Counted from the first letter of the stretch, positions 39,466-49,508 are shown. The stretch: 64,000 nt of DNA from Candidatus Woesebacteria bacterium (GCA_963749595.1 CAVVNJ010000008.1:107241-171240); one strand, 5' to 3'. The notes: a model not told the origin generated them from the letters alone. Made by a program: numbers and translations.

Positions 39466-41820
39466 TCAAACAGAAACTTTTCGCTGCCTTCGAGGCCTGG
39501 TTCCGCGTGATCGAGATCGACGGAGCTTTGCGTCAGACTGGCGCTCCGAGCCAAATTTCTGACTGACCAAGAGGGTAATTATTGTCAGCCAGGCAAAGGC
39601 TGAGAGGATCAGTCCGGCGACTAATTCGTTGGGCAAAAAAAACAGCTCGATTTCATTGTTGCCGGAAGCGATGGGAATTGTTCGCATTCCATCTTGGTTT
39701 TCAATTATTGTTTCGCGACCATTCACTTTTGCCCGCCATCCTGATTCAAAGCGATCGGCGATAATAAATTGAGTTTGATTACTCGAATTATCGATCCGGA
39801 AAATCAGCGAATTAGGGTTTTCCTTTAGATCGATTAATGCAGCTGGCGAATCGTCGCCATACCGGAATCGATTGAGGGCCGAGAACTCATAAACAACCCA
39901 TCGATCGTCTCGGTATACTTCTGGATATTTTGACAAGTCTTCCTTAACTTCGAACCTCCGATCGACGACGTAATATTTTGTGGCCCATTCCGAAAGAAGA
40001 GGATTTGCCAGATCGATTGGCGAGAGCAGATTAATCCGGGCCTCGCTCGGTTTTTCCCAGATGTTTTGGTAATTCGCGGGCAGAAGGGTGGTGTAGCCAT
40101 TAACGATTGGTACGTTGGCGACTAAATTCCAATCTGGTGTTAAGCCGTCCCTTAATCCGATGAGATGTGAACCGGAGCGTAGAGTAGATTGATCGACAAA
40201 AGAATCGGAAAAAGGTTGGCGAACCATCACCGCCTCCCAGTAGGAGCCGTAATCGGTATAGGGGAAGTTTAAATTTCGGGTCAGCGAGCGGTGTTGGGGA
40301 TCACGAAGCGCTTCTACGAGTGGAAGCGATTCGAAATCACTGGGTTTGGCGTAAATCTCGGCCGAAGCGAACAGCGCCAAAGCCTGGGAATTGATGACGC
40401 CCTCAACAATTAACAGCCCGGCCAAGACCGGCCATAATTTCTTCTTCCAGGTTTTCCAAGCGAGTAGCCCGAGGAATGAATTGAGAGTGAGGTTGGCAAA
40501 AATCAGAGTTGCGATTAAACGATCCCGTTCAAGTGTGTGGAAAAGGCTGCCGGCCAACTTGCCGCGTACTAAAGTATTGATAACCTGCCAGGTTTGGTCG
40601 GGATATTGTTGCCAGAAGAATAGTCCGACCAGTGAGGTCAATAGCGACGTCAACAGGATTTTTCCGAGCCAGCGCTCAACGAATCTTCCAGGTTTCCACT
40701 GACCGGCGGTGCAGGCCAAAAGTGACAAACTGAATAATTCAGTAATTACCAGCCAGGAGCTGGGATAGCGGATCGTGCTTAGTCCGGGAATGCGCGAAAG
40801 TAGTAGTACGAATCCGGGGAGATGGCTGCCAAAAGATAGGATCAGGCCAGCTAGCGCTCCGCCCGCCAGCCAAATTACCAGACGATTTGCGCGTAGTTTC
40901 TTCCAGTGGGTAGTCACCAGAATACCAAAACCAAACCACGTCAGATAAGGCATATTCGTGGGGTAAAAGTTCCAGTTTGGTCCCCAGCGAATTCCGAACC
41001 GCGGCGCATCAAAGAAGCAGGGCAGTAAGATTTTTATCAGCTCAGCCGGATGGAGTGAGCCCCGCGCTGCTTGTTCGGCTGTCTGGAGCTGCCGAGTCGA
41101 ATTCAATAAGGTGATTAAGAACGGTAAAGCCAGCGGTGCGGTGAGGCCAAAAGCGAGGGCTACCGCTGCGGACCAGGAAGCCAGCCACTTTCGCCAGTCG
41201 ATTTTTTGGTTGGCGAGGGATAAGTAGGCCGCGGCCGGGAGAGAGAGAAACAAGTGTTGAGGGTATCCGGCCGCGGCCTGACCGGCGATTAGCAAAGCGA
41301 GCCGAAGTACCGACCAGCGTGACCAGCGCAGGGTATAACCGCCCCAAAGAATCCACGGAAACCAGCTCAAAGACTGCAGCGTGGCGAGGTTGTTGGCGCC
41401 ACCCAGCCAGATGCTAGAACTAGCCCACAATCCACCGGCAACCAGCGACCACCAGTGCTGCTGTGAAAGTGAGCGAGTCAAAAAGTACATCCCGAAGAAC
41501 GTCAGTAGAAAATAACCGATGACCACACTGTTTAAGGCCAGGGCCGGGGGCACTAATACAAAGGGCAAGACGGTTGGTGAAAGCGGGGTTTGGCTAATAT
41601 CTCCCACCCAACTTAAACCGGAAAAGAGATTGGGATTCCACAGCGGCAATATCCCTTGTTTTAGCCAATACGCCGTCCAGATTTTTCCGGGCACCAACAG
41701 AGAATAGTTATCGCCAAAAAACAGGGTTTTCCCCAGCAAAAAGGGATAATAACGGATCAAAGCCGCGCCGATAGCAGCGATGGTGACTTGAATCCAAAGA
41801 TTGGTTAGTAGCTTCTTCAT
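39466..41820 (-). CDS. YfhO-family membrane glycosyltransferase-like protein
   Basis: 784 aa; N-terminal multi-TM region with FFGDNYSLLVPGKIW...GILPLWNPNLFSGLSW (YfhO-like), a second TM block and a large C-terminal extracytoplasmic domain. Confidence 0.5.
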   Translation of the reverse strand: MKKLLTNLWIQVTIAAIGAALIRYYPFLLGKTLFFGDNYSLLVPGKIWTAYWLKQGILPLWNPNLFSGLSWVGDISQTPLSPTVLPFVLVPPALALNSVVIGYFLLTFFGMYFLTRSLSQQHWWSLVAGGLWASSSIWLGGANNLATLQSLSWFPWILWGGYTLRWSRWSVLRLALLIAGQAAAGYPQHLFLSLPAAAYLSLANQKIDWRKWLASWSAAVALAFGLTAPLALPFLITLLNSTRQLQTAEQAARGSLHPAELIKILLPCFFDAPRFGIRWGPNWNFYPTNMPYLTWFGFGILVTTHWKKLRANRLVIWLAGGALAGLILSFGSHLPGFVLLLSRIPGLSTIRYPSSWLVITELFSLSLLACTAGQWKPGRFVERWLGKILLTSLLTSLVGLFFWQQYPDQTWQVINTLVRGKLAGSLFHTLERDRLIATLIFANLTLNSFLGLLAWKTWKKKLWPVLAGLLIVEGVINSQALALFASAEIYAKPSDFESLPLVEALRDPQHRSLTRNLNFPYTDYGSYWEAVMVRQPFSDSFVDQSTLRSGSHLIGLRDGLTPDWNLVANVPIVNGYTTLLPANYQNIWEKPSEARINLLSPIDLANPLLSEWATKYYVVDRRFEVKEDLSKYPEVYRDDRWVVYEFSALNRFRYGDDSPAALIDLKENPNSLIFRIDNSSNQTQFIIADRFESGWRAKVNGRETIIENQDGMRTIPIASGNNEIELFFLPNELVAGLILSAFAWLTIITLLVSQKFGSERQSDAKLRRSRSRGTRPRRQRKVSV

Positions 41821-41823
41821 AGT

Positions 41824-42372
41824 CTATTTGGTCGCTTGCAAAAAAGTGTTGACTCCCAGTTCCCAGGTTTCCACTTTAATCTTTCGAAATCCAGCTTTTT
41901 TGGCCGTCTGCTGAAGCAGAGCGGGAGTAAAGTAGGTTTCATGCTGTTCAATCATCTCATCCCTCACCAAGCCGATTTTGCTCATAAATTCCAGAATCGG
42001 TTCGCTGACCGGCGCCGGAACAGTAACCAAAAATACCCCGCCTGGTTTGAGAATTCGATAGACCTCCCGCACTACTTTTTCTGGATGGGGCAAGTGCTCC
42101 AATACGGCCAGCATAGTGACGGCGTCGGCTGAGTTATCAGGTAGCGCAAATGTTTTTGTTAAGTCACCTTGGAGAATGGTAGCGTTCCCGAATTTTTGCG
42201 GTTTAGCCACAATGTCGATGCCGTAGACTTGTTTCATCCGGCCCATCTGCCGTTTGACCAGTGTCATCTCTTCGTCGCAGCCCAAATCAACCAAGACCCC
42301 GTCCGACGGTAGAAAGGGTTCGATTTTTTTTATCCGTAACCATTTCAATAAGGGTTCAATACCTTTTTGCAT
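41824..42372 (-). CDS. class I SAM-dependent methyltransferase
   Basis: VLVDLGCDEE (motif I), ...GGVFLVTVP post-motif; 182 aa. Confidence 0.65.
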   Translation of the reverse strand: MQKGIEPLLKWLRIKKIEPFLPSDGVLVDLGCDEEMTLVKRQMGRMKQVYGIDIVAKPQKFGNATILQGDLTKTFALPDNSADAVTMLAVLEHLPHPEKVVREVYRILKPGGVFLVTVPAPVSEPILEFMSKIGLVRDEMIEQHETYFTPALLQQTAKKAGFRKIKVETWELGVNTFLQATK

Positions 42373-42381
42373 CTTTCCTTT

Positions 42382-43050
42382 CTAGAAACGCAAGCGCACG
42401 ACGGTTTTTAGTGCGTCTATGCCATCGCGCCAAGTAATTTTCTTGCCTTGGCTAAAGTCGCGTCCAACGTAGGTAATCGGCACTTCAAAGATGCGAATTC
42501 CCCGCCGCAATAGTTTGCAGGTGATTTCTGGTTCCAGATCAAAGGCGCTGGCGCGTAGTTCAATTTCCCGCAATAATTTCGTCGGAACGACTTTATAGCA
42601 AGTTTCCATATCGGTCAGGGTGGTGTTGTACAGGACGTTGATCACGAAGTTTAGGAAGTCGTTGCCCTTGCGGTGCCAAAATAGCAAATTGGAATGCGGA
42701 CCAAGGAAGCGCGATCCGTATACTACCTCGGCTTGACCCTTCATGATTGGAGAAAGCAAAGCGGGAATATCATCCGGACTGTATTCCAGATCAGCATCTT
42801 GAATAAGCACGTATTCACCACTGACTTTCTCCAGACCAACACGGATAGCACTGCCCTTACCGCCGTTTTCCTTGTGAGCGATACGCAATTTGGTATGCTT
42901 TATTTTTTTGAGAATGGCAGGGGTCCTATCGGTCGAACCGTCATTGACCACGATTACCTCTCGTACGGACGGTTGTTTGAGTAATCGTTGCAACATCTCA
43001 CCAACGGTTTTTTCTTCGTTGTATACCGGAACGATGACAGAAAGTTTCAT
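42382..43050 (-). CDS. GT2 family glycosyltransferase (DPM1/CsbB/GtrB-like polyprenyl-phosphate sugar synthase)
   Basis: MKLSVIVPVYNEEKTV, VVNDGSTDRT, QDADLEYSPDDI motifs. Confidence 0.8.
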   Translation of the reverse strand: MKLSVIVPVYNEEKTVGEMLQRLLKQPSVREVIVVNDGSTDRTPAILKKIKHTKLRIAHKENGGKGSAIRVGLEKVSGEYVLIQDADLEYSPDDIPALLSPIMKGQAEVVYGSRFLGPHSNLLFWHRKGNDFLNFVINVLYNTTLTDMETCYKVVPTKLLREIELRASAFDLEPEITCKLLRRGIRIFEVPITYVGRDFSQGKKITWRDGIDALKTVVRLRF

Positions 43051-43090
43051 ACTCTCCGGCCAGTGTAACAGAATTTATTTCTGGGCCAAG

Positions 43091-43723
43091 CTAGATTTCA
43101 CGGGCAAAGGTGAGGGCCAGTACTTCTACCGCTCCCGCCGCATGCAATGCCTGACGACAGGCTGCGAGCGTGGAACCAGTAGTGACCACATCATCGATAA
43201 GTAGCACTTTCCTTCCCGAAAGTGATCTTACGGCCAGAAATTGCTGATCTATCTTCTGCCGATTCTCCCGGTTTAAGGAGGCCTGTGTCTTGGAGTGTTT
43301 AGTTCGGATTAGCGATTGAGTTTCGATCGGTATTTGCCAATGTCGGCTCAAATGTTTGGCCAGGGTCTCGGCCTGATTGAAGCCTCGCCATCTTCGGCGT
43401 CGGCGATGGAGTGGCACCGGAATTAGAACGTCAATCGCCTTGCGTCGGAAATGCGGATAGCGCAGTGAAATTAATTGAGACATCACTTCCGCGTAGCGGT
43501 AATAGAAATGATATTTTACTTGAATTACGAGTGACTGGGCACTGTCCCGGTACTCAAACGCGCTCCAAATCCAGTTTTCAATCGGTGGTTGGTAGTTCCA
43601 ACAAAGATCATTCAAGTGGCGAAGACATAAATAATGACCGATTCGGTCGCACGCAGCGCAGAAGGGCGGAAACAACCAATCCAATAGGCGCATGATGGCA
43701 GTATAGAGACCAATTCTTACCAA
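43091..43723 (-). CDS. comFC: ComF-family phosphoribosyltransferase-domain protein
   Basis: N-terminal Cys cluster (CAACDRIGHYLCLRH) plus PRTase motif VLLIDDVVTTGSTL. Confidence 0.65.
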   Translation of the reverse strand: MVRIGLYTAIMRLLDWLFPPFCAACDRIGHYLCLRHLNDLCWNYQPPIENWIWSAFEYRDSAQSLVIQVKYHFYYRYAEVMSQLISLRYPHFRRKAIDVLIPVPLHRRRRRWRGFNQAETLAKHLSRHWQIPIETQSLIRTKHSKTQASLNRENRQKIDQQFLAVRSLSGRKVLLIDDVVTTGSTLAACRQALHAAGAVEVLALTFAREI

Positions 43724-43745
43724 ATTGTTACCATTGAGGATCGTC

Positions 43746-44951
43746 CTATGGCGACTTCACGCCAGGAAGGACGATCCTCAACCAGCCGAGCAAGATCAAG
43801 GCCTTTACCATATGGATCCAGATGGGCAGATGAACAATGCCCCATTGGCCAAAAGGCAAGGGAGTCATCGTGATCAGAACCAGGAGGGCCGAACTCAGGA
43901 GCCAGCCCAACTGTTGTTTCCAATTTTGGAAGGGATAAACGGCTAACAAAGGAATATGCCATAAGAGAAACGGTGTTGAAAGTACCTTGCCAAAAATCAT
44001 GAAGACCAAAACATAACCCAGCGTTAAATTTAGTCTAAGTAGAAATGGATTTTGTTTTCTGGATCGGTTGATGGAATGCAGACCGTAAAGTAGAAAGAGG
44101 ACCAGGCTCAGTGGGAACAAAATACCAAGAATCGTGAGAATTGCCGAGCTGACCGGACCGACCAATTCATAATTCTTATATAACTCGGCAACGTGTTCCG
44201 TATGGGAAAATTGATTGATAATACGGCCTATTATGGCGCCAAAGCTATCAATTTGCAGTCCGCGCTGCTGATGGAAGACGAGCATCACCTGTAGCGAGCT
44301 GCGGAATTTTAACAACGGCCAAGCCCAAATCAGCAGAAAAGTTGACGCGGCGACCAGAATAGAACGGCGCCAACTTTTTTTCTCCAAAAACAAATAAATG
44401 GCCCCTAAAGGCGCATTGATCAATTTGACGGCGATTCCGGCCCAGTAGGCCAACCAACCTGCGACCAGACCCCAACGCTCGCCCAGTGTTGTTGGCGCGG
44501 TTGCCGCAATCAGCAATAAGGCCGCAAAGACCCAATCAAGGCTATCATAAATAAAATGGTGAGCCTTGGTGGTTACCGCGATCAAATAGAGCAAGCTAGT
44601 CAGACGCATGCGCTGATTCTTTTGGGTTCGAACCAGGGTTCGCCAAACATAAAAGAAAAGACCGATATCCACCAAAAGAATACTGGCTCGGTAAGCTTCC
44701 AAGTAATTCAGATGCCATGGCTGACCAAAGGAGAGCTTGTCGACCAAGTAGGGAAGATAGAGTAGCGGTATTGTTCCCGGCGGGTATTCATATAGTTGCT
44801 GGAGATAAGCTTGAACGCCGCTGGCCCAAAGGTGGGCATAGGGCATATAGCTGTAAATTATTTCCGTAAAGACGGTTGGCCGGAAAATCCAGATCAGAAA
44901 TCGTGTGGCGAAAAAAAGTATCACCAACCAGCGGGTTGCCGAACGACTCAT
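43746..44951 (-). CDS. integral membrane protein (hypothetical, possibly another GT-C)
   Basis: 401 aa, more than 9 TM helices, no specific motif. Confidence 0.35.
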   Translation of the reverse strand: MSRSATRWLVILFFATRFLIWIFRPTVFTEIIYSYMPYAHLWASGVQAYLQQLYEYPPGTIPLLYLPYLVDKLSFGQPWHLNYLEAYRASILLVDIGLFFYVWRTLVRTQKNQRMRLTSLLYLIAVTTKAHHFIYDSLDWVFAALLLIAATAPTTLGERWGLVAGWLAYWAGIAVKLINAPLGAIYLFLEKKSWRRSILVAASTFLLIWAWPLLKFRSSLQVMLVFHQQRGLQIDSFGAIIGRIINQFSHTEHVAELYKNYELVGPVSSAILTILGILFPLSLVLFLLYGLHSINRSRKQNPFLLRLNLTLGYVLVFMIFGKVLSTPFLLWHIPLLAVYPFQNWKQQLGWLLSSALLVLITMTPLPFGQWGIVHLPIWIHMVKALILLGWLRIVLPGVKSP

Positions 44952-44966
44952 CGTTCCATTGTAACC

Positions 44967-45398
44967 TTAATAGGGGAGTTGGCTAAAGTCGATACCGCTA
45001 GAGACGCGTTTTCGGGACAAATAGTCACGCATGGCATGCACCCACATGCGATCTTGTTGTCTGTTCTCCTCCGCGAAACCAGAATCTTTTCTCAGCGTCT
45101 CGGCGCGGCGCAAATCGGTTTGATAATTGATTGGAATTTGTTGCTCAACTTGATCAACGACGAGTTGAAGAAAACCAAGGGCGTCCAGACCCCGGCTGTC
45201 GAACTTCAGGCCGCTGGCATACTCGATGACCTTAGAGGAAAGGACATTGACGGTTACGGAAAGGGGCTTAGTAATTCCGGCGGCGGCTAATAGCTGTAAA
45301 TCCGGATTAGTGGCGACAATAATGTCACAGAAGAATTGCTGTAATTCTTTCAGCTGCGCGCTGGTCAAGATTTCATGAGAGGATAATTTCTCGGTCAT
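44967..45398 (-). CDS. hypothetical protein
   Basis: 143-aa ORF, no motif. Confidence 0.3.
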   Translation of the reverse strand: MTEKLSSHEILTSAQLKELQQFFCDIIVATNPDLQLLAAAGITKPLSVTVNVLSSKVIEYASGLKFDSRGLDALGFLQLVVDQVEQQIPINYQTDLRRAETLRKDSGFAEENRQQDRMWVHAMRDYLSRKRVSSGIDFSQLPY

Positions 45399-45459
45399 AG
45401 AGGTCCTTTTATCTTATGATCGAGGAATTATAGCACAACGACAGTGGTATACTGGACTA

Positions 45460-45963
45460 GTGACTGAGCATTATCAAAGAAATCCAAACTGCCAGTGCTC
45501 AGTTTGTGGCAAGCCAATCTATCGTCGACCTTATGAATTACTGAAAAGCGAGGGAAATGCCTACTGCAGCATTCTTTGTTATGGATTTTCGTGTCGTAAA
45601 GAAAGCCCATGCGCAGTTTGCGGAGCGCCAATTTTGGCCAGTGCCAATAAAAAAACCTGTAGTCGAGCTTGCGCCAATAAGCACCGACAAGGAATGAAGT
45701 ACGATCATAATCGGCCCCACGATAAAGTAAAACACTATAAAATACTTAAGAAAAGACTTTCTTCACAGCGTGGTGAATTATGCGAGAGATGCGGTTATAA
45801 TAGGTATGATATTCTGCAAGTTCATCATCGGGATAGGAATCGAGATAATAACGACCTCGAAAATCTAGAATTGATTTGCCCCAATTGTCATGCAGAAGAA
45901 CACTTTTTGAATAAAAAAGTGGAAAATGGAGGGATGCTCCGAATGGTAAGGAACCGGTCTTGA
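45460..45963 (+). CDS. HNH endonuclease with N-terminal zinc-ribbon-like Cys clusters
   Basis: CSVCGKP...CSILC, CAVCGAP...CSRAC, then HNH core CERCGY...LQVHHRDRNRDNNDLENLELICPNCH. The last 36 nt overlap tRNA-Ser. Confidence 0.7.
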   Translation: MTEHYQRNPNCQCSVCGKPIYRRPYELLKSEGNAYCSILCYGFSCRKESPCAVCGAPILASANKKTCSRACANKHRQGMKYDHNRPHDKVKHYKILKKRLSSQRGELCERCGYNRYDILQVHHRDRNRDNNDLENLELICPNCHAEEHFLNKKVENGGMLRMVRNRS

Positions 45964-46013
45964 AAACCGGCGCCCGCAAGGGCTTGTGGGTCCGAGTCCC
46001 ACTCCCTCCGCCA
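45928..46013 (+). tRNA. tRNA-Ser (anticodon TGA), CCA encoded
   Basis: Manual fold: acceptor GGAGGGA/TCCCTCC, 3-bp D-stem, anticodon stem CCGGT/ACCGG with loop CTTGAAA, long variable arm GCCCGCAAGGGC (class II), T-stem GTGGG/CCCAC, discriminator G, CCA. T-loop reads TCCGAGT (C at position 55). Confidence 0.8.
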
Positions 46014-46041
46014 TGATGATTAGTCAGGATATAATCGATTC

Positions 46042-46611
46042 GTGCCAAAAATAATTCTTGCCTCCCAATCACCCCAACGAAAAATGATCATGGATTCTTT
46101 TGGAATTGCCTATGATGTGATTCCGGCCGATGTTGATGAAAGGGCGATAATCGAGTCCGATCCCTACCAACGCTGTCAGCTCCTGGCACGGCAAAAAGCG
46201 GAGAAAGTGGCACGTGATTTTCCTGAAGCCTGGATTTTAGCGGCCGACACGTATGTCATTTTTGGTAAAGAGATGCTGGAAAAACCACTTTCCCTTACTG
46301 AAGCGGTCGAGATGATCGAGAAACAATCGGGCCAGTGGCTCGAGGAGGTAAGTGGCTGTTGTTATTACAATCCCAATATTTTCCAGTTTGTTACCGCGAT
46401 CTATAAAACTAAGTTTCGGTTTCGCGATTTGGAAAAGTCAGAGATTGACCGATACGTTAAGGAAAACCCAGTTTTGACCTGGTCCGCTGCTTTTTCGCCG
46501 GCTTATCCGGCTGGGGCAGCGCTAATCGCGGAAGTGCAGGGATCGCTAACGTCATTCAGTTACGGTCTGCCGGCGGAATGGGCGGCAGAAGTTCTGGCCA
46601 AACTTCGGTAG
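46042..46611 (+). CDS. maf: Maf-like nucleoside triphosphate pyrophosphatase
   Basis: IILASQSPQRKMIMDSFGIAYDVIPADVDE... Maf fold; GTG start. Confidence 0.75.
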   Translation: MPKIILASQSPQRKMIMDSFGIAYDVIPADVDERAIIESDPYQRCQLLARQKAEKVARDFPEAWILAADTYVIFGKEMLEKPLSLTEAVEMIEKQSGQWLEEVSGCCYYNPNIFQFVTAIYKTKFRFRDLEKSEIDRYVKENPVLTWSAAFSPAYPAGAALIAEVQGSLTSFSYGLPAEWAAEVLAKLR

Positions 46612-47207
46612 TAGTCCCGCCGTTTGGCAAACAATTCGCCGCTCACAGCTATTGCCGCTTCATGAATAAATCTGGGAAATCGGCGCTCAAGGATTTGTTC
46701 TTTCAAAAAAATTTCGTTATCTGTGGCATTAAAAGTTGGTTTGACTTGATCAGCGTCGAGCATGCCCAAGGTATCGGCCTCCATAATCAGCACCTCATCA
46801 TCAGTCTGAACTTGCTCCACCAGATCATGGACGCTCACTAGATGTGCCGTACGGTTGATCTGCTCCTCCGTGAAATATCTGTTTAGTTTTTCTCTAAGAA
46901 AATTTTCAATCATTTCGGCACCGCGCTGCATATGTAATGGTTTTCGCTTATTTATTTCCTCAATCGAACGGTAAGTTACTCCTTCAAACAAATCAATATA
47001 ACCCCAGTCATGGGCATAGGCAGACGTTATTAACACCAATGGATCAACAGCAATAGAACCAAGATTATCCAGAAGATACTTCATCCAATAAACGACGGCT
47101 TTAGTGTGTGGAAGGTCGAAGCCTTTTCGGCCGCGCTCCAGATCTGGAAATATTTTTTCCTGCAAAGACTTTTCGACAACATCTGGAATTTTCCCCATGG
47201 TTAGCAT
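46560..47207 (-). CDS. HD-domain phosphohydrolase
   Basis: LPHTKAVVYWM ... AYAHDWGY (H...HD...D metal ligands); 3' end overlaps maf by 52 nt (convergent). Confidence 0.6.
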   Translation of the reverse strand: MLTMGKIPDVVEKSLQEKIFPDLERGRKGFDLPHTKAVVYWMKYLLDNLGSIAVDPLVLITSAYAHDWGYIDLFEGVTYRSIEEINKRKPLHMQRGAEMIENFLREKLNRYFTEEQINRTAHLVSVHDLVEQVQTDDEVLIMEADTLGMLDADQVKPTFNATDNEIFLKEQILERRFPRFIHEAAIAVSGELFAKRRDYYRSLARTSAAHSAGRP

Positions 47208-47238
47208 TGTATCAAAACAACAGTCTGAAATTAGTTGA

Positions 47239-47457
47239 TTAATCGATTTTCCTAAACCGAGGTACTATTTCCCCATCAATTTTGACTCTTTCTAAAAACA
47301 TCTTCAGTGGTCGCACCCAAAGATTGCCTAATTCATTTTCATAAAGCGCGACATACACCACCAAGTCTTCAAGCGTTTCGCTGTGCTTGGCTGTGCCAAG
47401 TACTAAATATTTGCCGCCTTTGTAATGCTGATAAGTTCCCGGTTCGAGTGTTTTCAT
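47239..47457 (-). CDS. DUF1653-family protein
   Basis: 72 aa: GTYQHYKGGKYLVLGTAKHSETLEDLVVYVALYENELGNLWVRPLKMF matches DUF1653. Confidence 0.5.
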   Translation of the reverse strand: MKTLEPGTYQHYKGGKYLVLGTAKHSETLEDLVVYVALYENELGNLWVRPLKMFLERVKIDGEIVPRFRKID

Positions 47458-47897
47458 ATCGTTACGTGCTGTAAAGCTTGGCGCATATCCGGATTAGCGA
47501 AGATTTGATCTGAGGCCAGGATTTCTTCTCTGGTTAGCCAAATAGTTTCAAAAATATCTTCTTGGGCCGGGTTTTTCGTAACGTCGATGGTTGGTTCACC
47601 AACTAATTGGCACTGGTAGCCCAGACAGACAATATGCACGCCGTCTTCCGGGTTTTCAATCACGAAATCCCAACCGCCAACCGGATAGTCGATCTGAATG
47701 TTTAGACCAACCTCCTCCATCACTTCCCGTTCCAAGGCTTGGTGGAGTGTTTCACCCAGCTCAATACCGCCGCCAGGAAGATCGTGAATAATGATCTCTT
47801 CACCGTTGCGTCGCACCCGCTCTTTGACGATCAGAATCTTGCCTTCATGGACAATAAAGGCCTTGACCCCGGTTCGAATACGCTCAATTTTGACCAT
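47454..47897 (-). CDS. NUDIX hydrolase
   Basis: Nudix box GGGIELGETLHQALEREVMEEVGL; probable start MVKIERI with a GGAG RBS. The track ORF extends to 48047, overlapping the next gene. Confidence 0.75.
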   Translation of the reverse strand: MVKIERIRTGVKAFIVHEGKILIVKERVRRNGEEIIIHDLPGGGIELGETLHQALEREVMEEVGLNIQIDYPVGGWDFVIENPEDGVHIVCLGYQCQLVGEPTIDVTKNPAQEDIFETIWLTREEILASDQIFANPDMRQALQHVTI

Positions 47898-47928
47898 TTT
47901 TTCACTCCTTTTTAAATATCTCTTTAAT

Positions 47929-48717
47929 TTAGCTTCCAGCTCCTGACCAGGAACGCAGCGCGCGTTTCCAGGTGAATCGGCTGAGCCAGAAAACTCCCAA
48001 GCAAACCGCCGGGTACCAAGCATAAGCCAGCGGATCAAGTTTGCCAAATAGAGCTTGAGTGGGAATATTCACCAGCAGTAAAAACGGTAGAAAATAGAGG
48101 GCTAGCATTTTTGGCATATATGGCAAGGTCGCCGACGGATAACGTCCGGTGCCAATTGAATTACCGAGAAGCTCTAACAGGTTATCCACTTGCGGGTACC
48201 AGATTAGTGGAATCACGGCCAAACAATAAAGACTATAGATCATTAGGATTGATAAGGCGGTGAGGAAGATAAAAGTGATGACTCCGGTCGGGGTGATCGA
48301 GAGATCATAGTATTGGACTAACCACACCGTGGCGAGTATGGACCCAATGGTTCGAAAAAGTGAAGAGTAGCGAATTTCGCTGAGGGTTAGTAATGATAAG
48401 GTGTCGAAGGGCTTGAGCAGATAGCCGTCGAGTTCGCCGCGGTGGATAATAGCCGCTAATTTACGGAACGCGCCAGTGAAAAACGTATGGTGTAGTCCCA
48501 GGATGATGCCATAATTCGAAGCGAGGATTATCAGGCTGGCGCGGGAGAAATCACCAACGCTGGGAAATCGTGAGGTAATTAGCCAGGCCGTCGCAAAGCT
48601 AAAGCCGCTCCAGAGTAGGCTGCCGAAAACATCCTGGATAAAATTTGCCCGATAAAGTACGCCGACCGCTAAGTTAATTTTAAAGAAAAAACGATAGACG
48701 GAGAGAAAGTGTTTCAT
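47929..48717 (-). CDS. ABC-2 family transporter permease
   Basis: 262 aa, 6 TM helices; overlaps its neighbour by ATGA. Confidence 0.5.
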   Translation of the reverse strand: MKHFLSVYRFFFKINLAVGVLYRANFIQDVFGSLLWSGFSFATAWLITSRFPSVGDFSRASLIILASNYGIILGLHHTFFTGAFRKLAAIIHRGELDGYLLKPFDTLSLLTLSEIRYSSLFRTIGSILATVWLVQYYDLSITPTGVITFIFLTALSILMIYSLYCLAVIPLIWYPQVDNLLELLGNSIGTGRYPSATLPYMPKMLALYFLPFLLLVNIPTQALFGKLDPLAYAWYPAVCLGVFWLSRFTWKRALRSWSGAGS

Positions 48718-49508
48718 TGACTAACTCCTCCAAAGCGGCGGATGCCGCGGCGGAAGACAAGATTGGCGCCAAGGCCAAATATCGTGACCCAGAGCAGCTG
48801 AACTAGAATTAGTGGCAGCCAGCGATCTTGCGGCGCAAACCCAGACAGAATAGAGACGGGAGCGTAGGTCATGGCACCAAAGGGGCTGTAGAGCAGGATT
48901 AAGCGCAGAGGATCGGCGAAGTAATGCAGCGGCAATACTATTCCGCCCAGCAACAATTCGGTCACACCGGTAATTTCCAGCAGACCATGAACATTGGTGA
49001 ACCAAATCGCCATCAGACCGATAATCGACTTATAAAAAAAAGAAAGTAGCATGGCCAAGATCACGCTGATTATCACGGTGAAAATCATGGCCAATGAAAA
49101 ATTAATAGAAATTTTGGTGATCGAAAAATTTATGGCCAGTAAAATTAGAACACCAAAGAAACCTTGAGCTAAACGCCAAACCAGCTCTTGCTGGAAGACT
49201 CTGGCTAGATAGGGATAGGGTTGGAGCAGGTATTGGTGGATTTGGCCCAGATAAATTTGGCGGAAAGCGATGTATTCCTCGTTGTGGCACATGGTGATGC
49301 TGGAAACCGTCATCATAATCAGGTAGTAGGTCGTGATCTGGGTCAGATTTATGTCGCTACCTGGTTTACCGGAAATCTGTAGCACGGCCCACCAGAAAAA
49401 CAAGAGAATCAAGGCGTTGACCGCACCGGTTAACAGCCAAATCAAACCGCGCAAGCGAAACTGCAAGGCGTCTAAAAAATAGATTGCTGTGACTGGCCAG
49501 ATTTTCAT
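48714..49508 (-). CDS. ABC-2 family transporter permease
   Basis: 264 aa, 6 TM helices; start overlaps the ATPase stop. Confidence 0.5.
   Translation of the reverse strand: MKIWPVTAIYFLDALQFRLRGLIWLLTGAVNALILLFFWWAVLQISGKPGSDINLTQITTYYLIMMTVSSITMCHNEEYIAFRQIYLGQIHQYLLQPYPYLARVFQQELVWRLAQGFFGVLILLAINFSITKISINFSLAMIFTVIISVILAMLLSFFYKSIIGLMAIWFTNVHGLLEITGVTELLLGGIVLPLHYFADPLRLILLYSPFGAMTYAPVSILSGFAPQDRWLPLILVQLLWVTIFGLGANLVFRRGIRRFGGVSQ

Noticed and set aside
45746-46072. Minus-strand ORF overlapping tRNA-Ser and the HNH gene 3' end
   Set aside because: Antisense to a tRNA and a motif-bearing CDS; no support.
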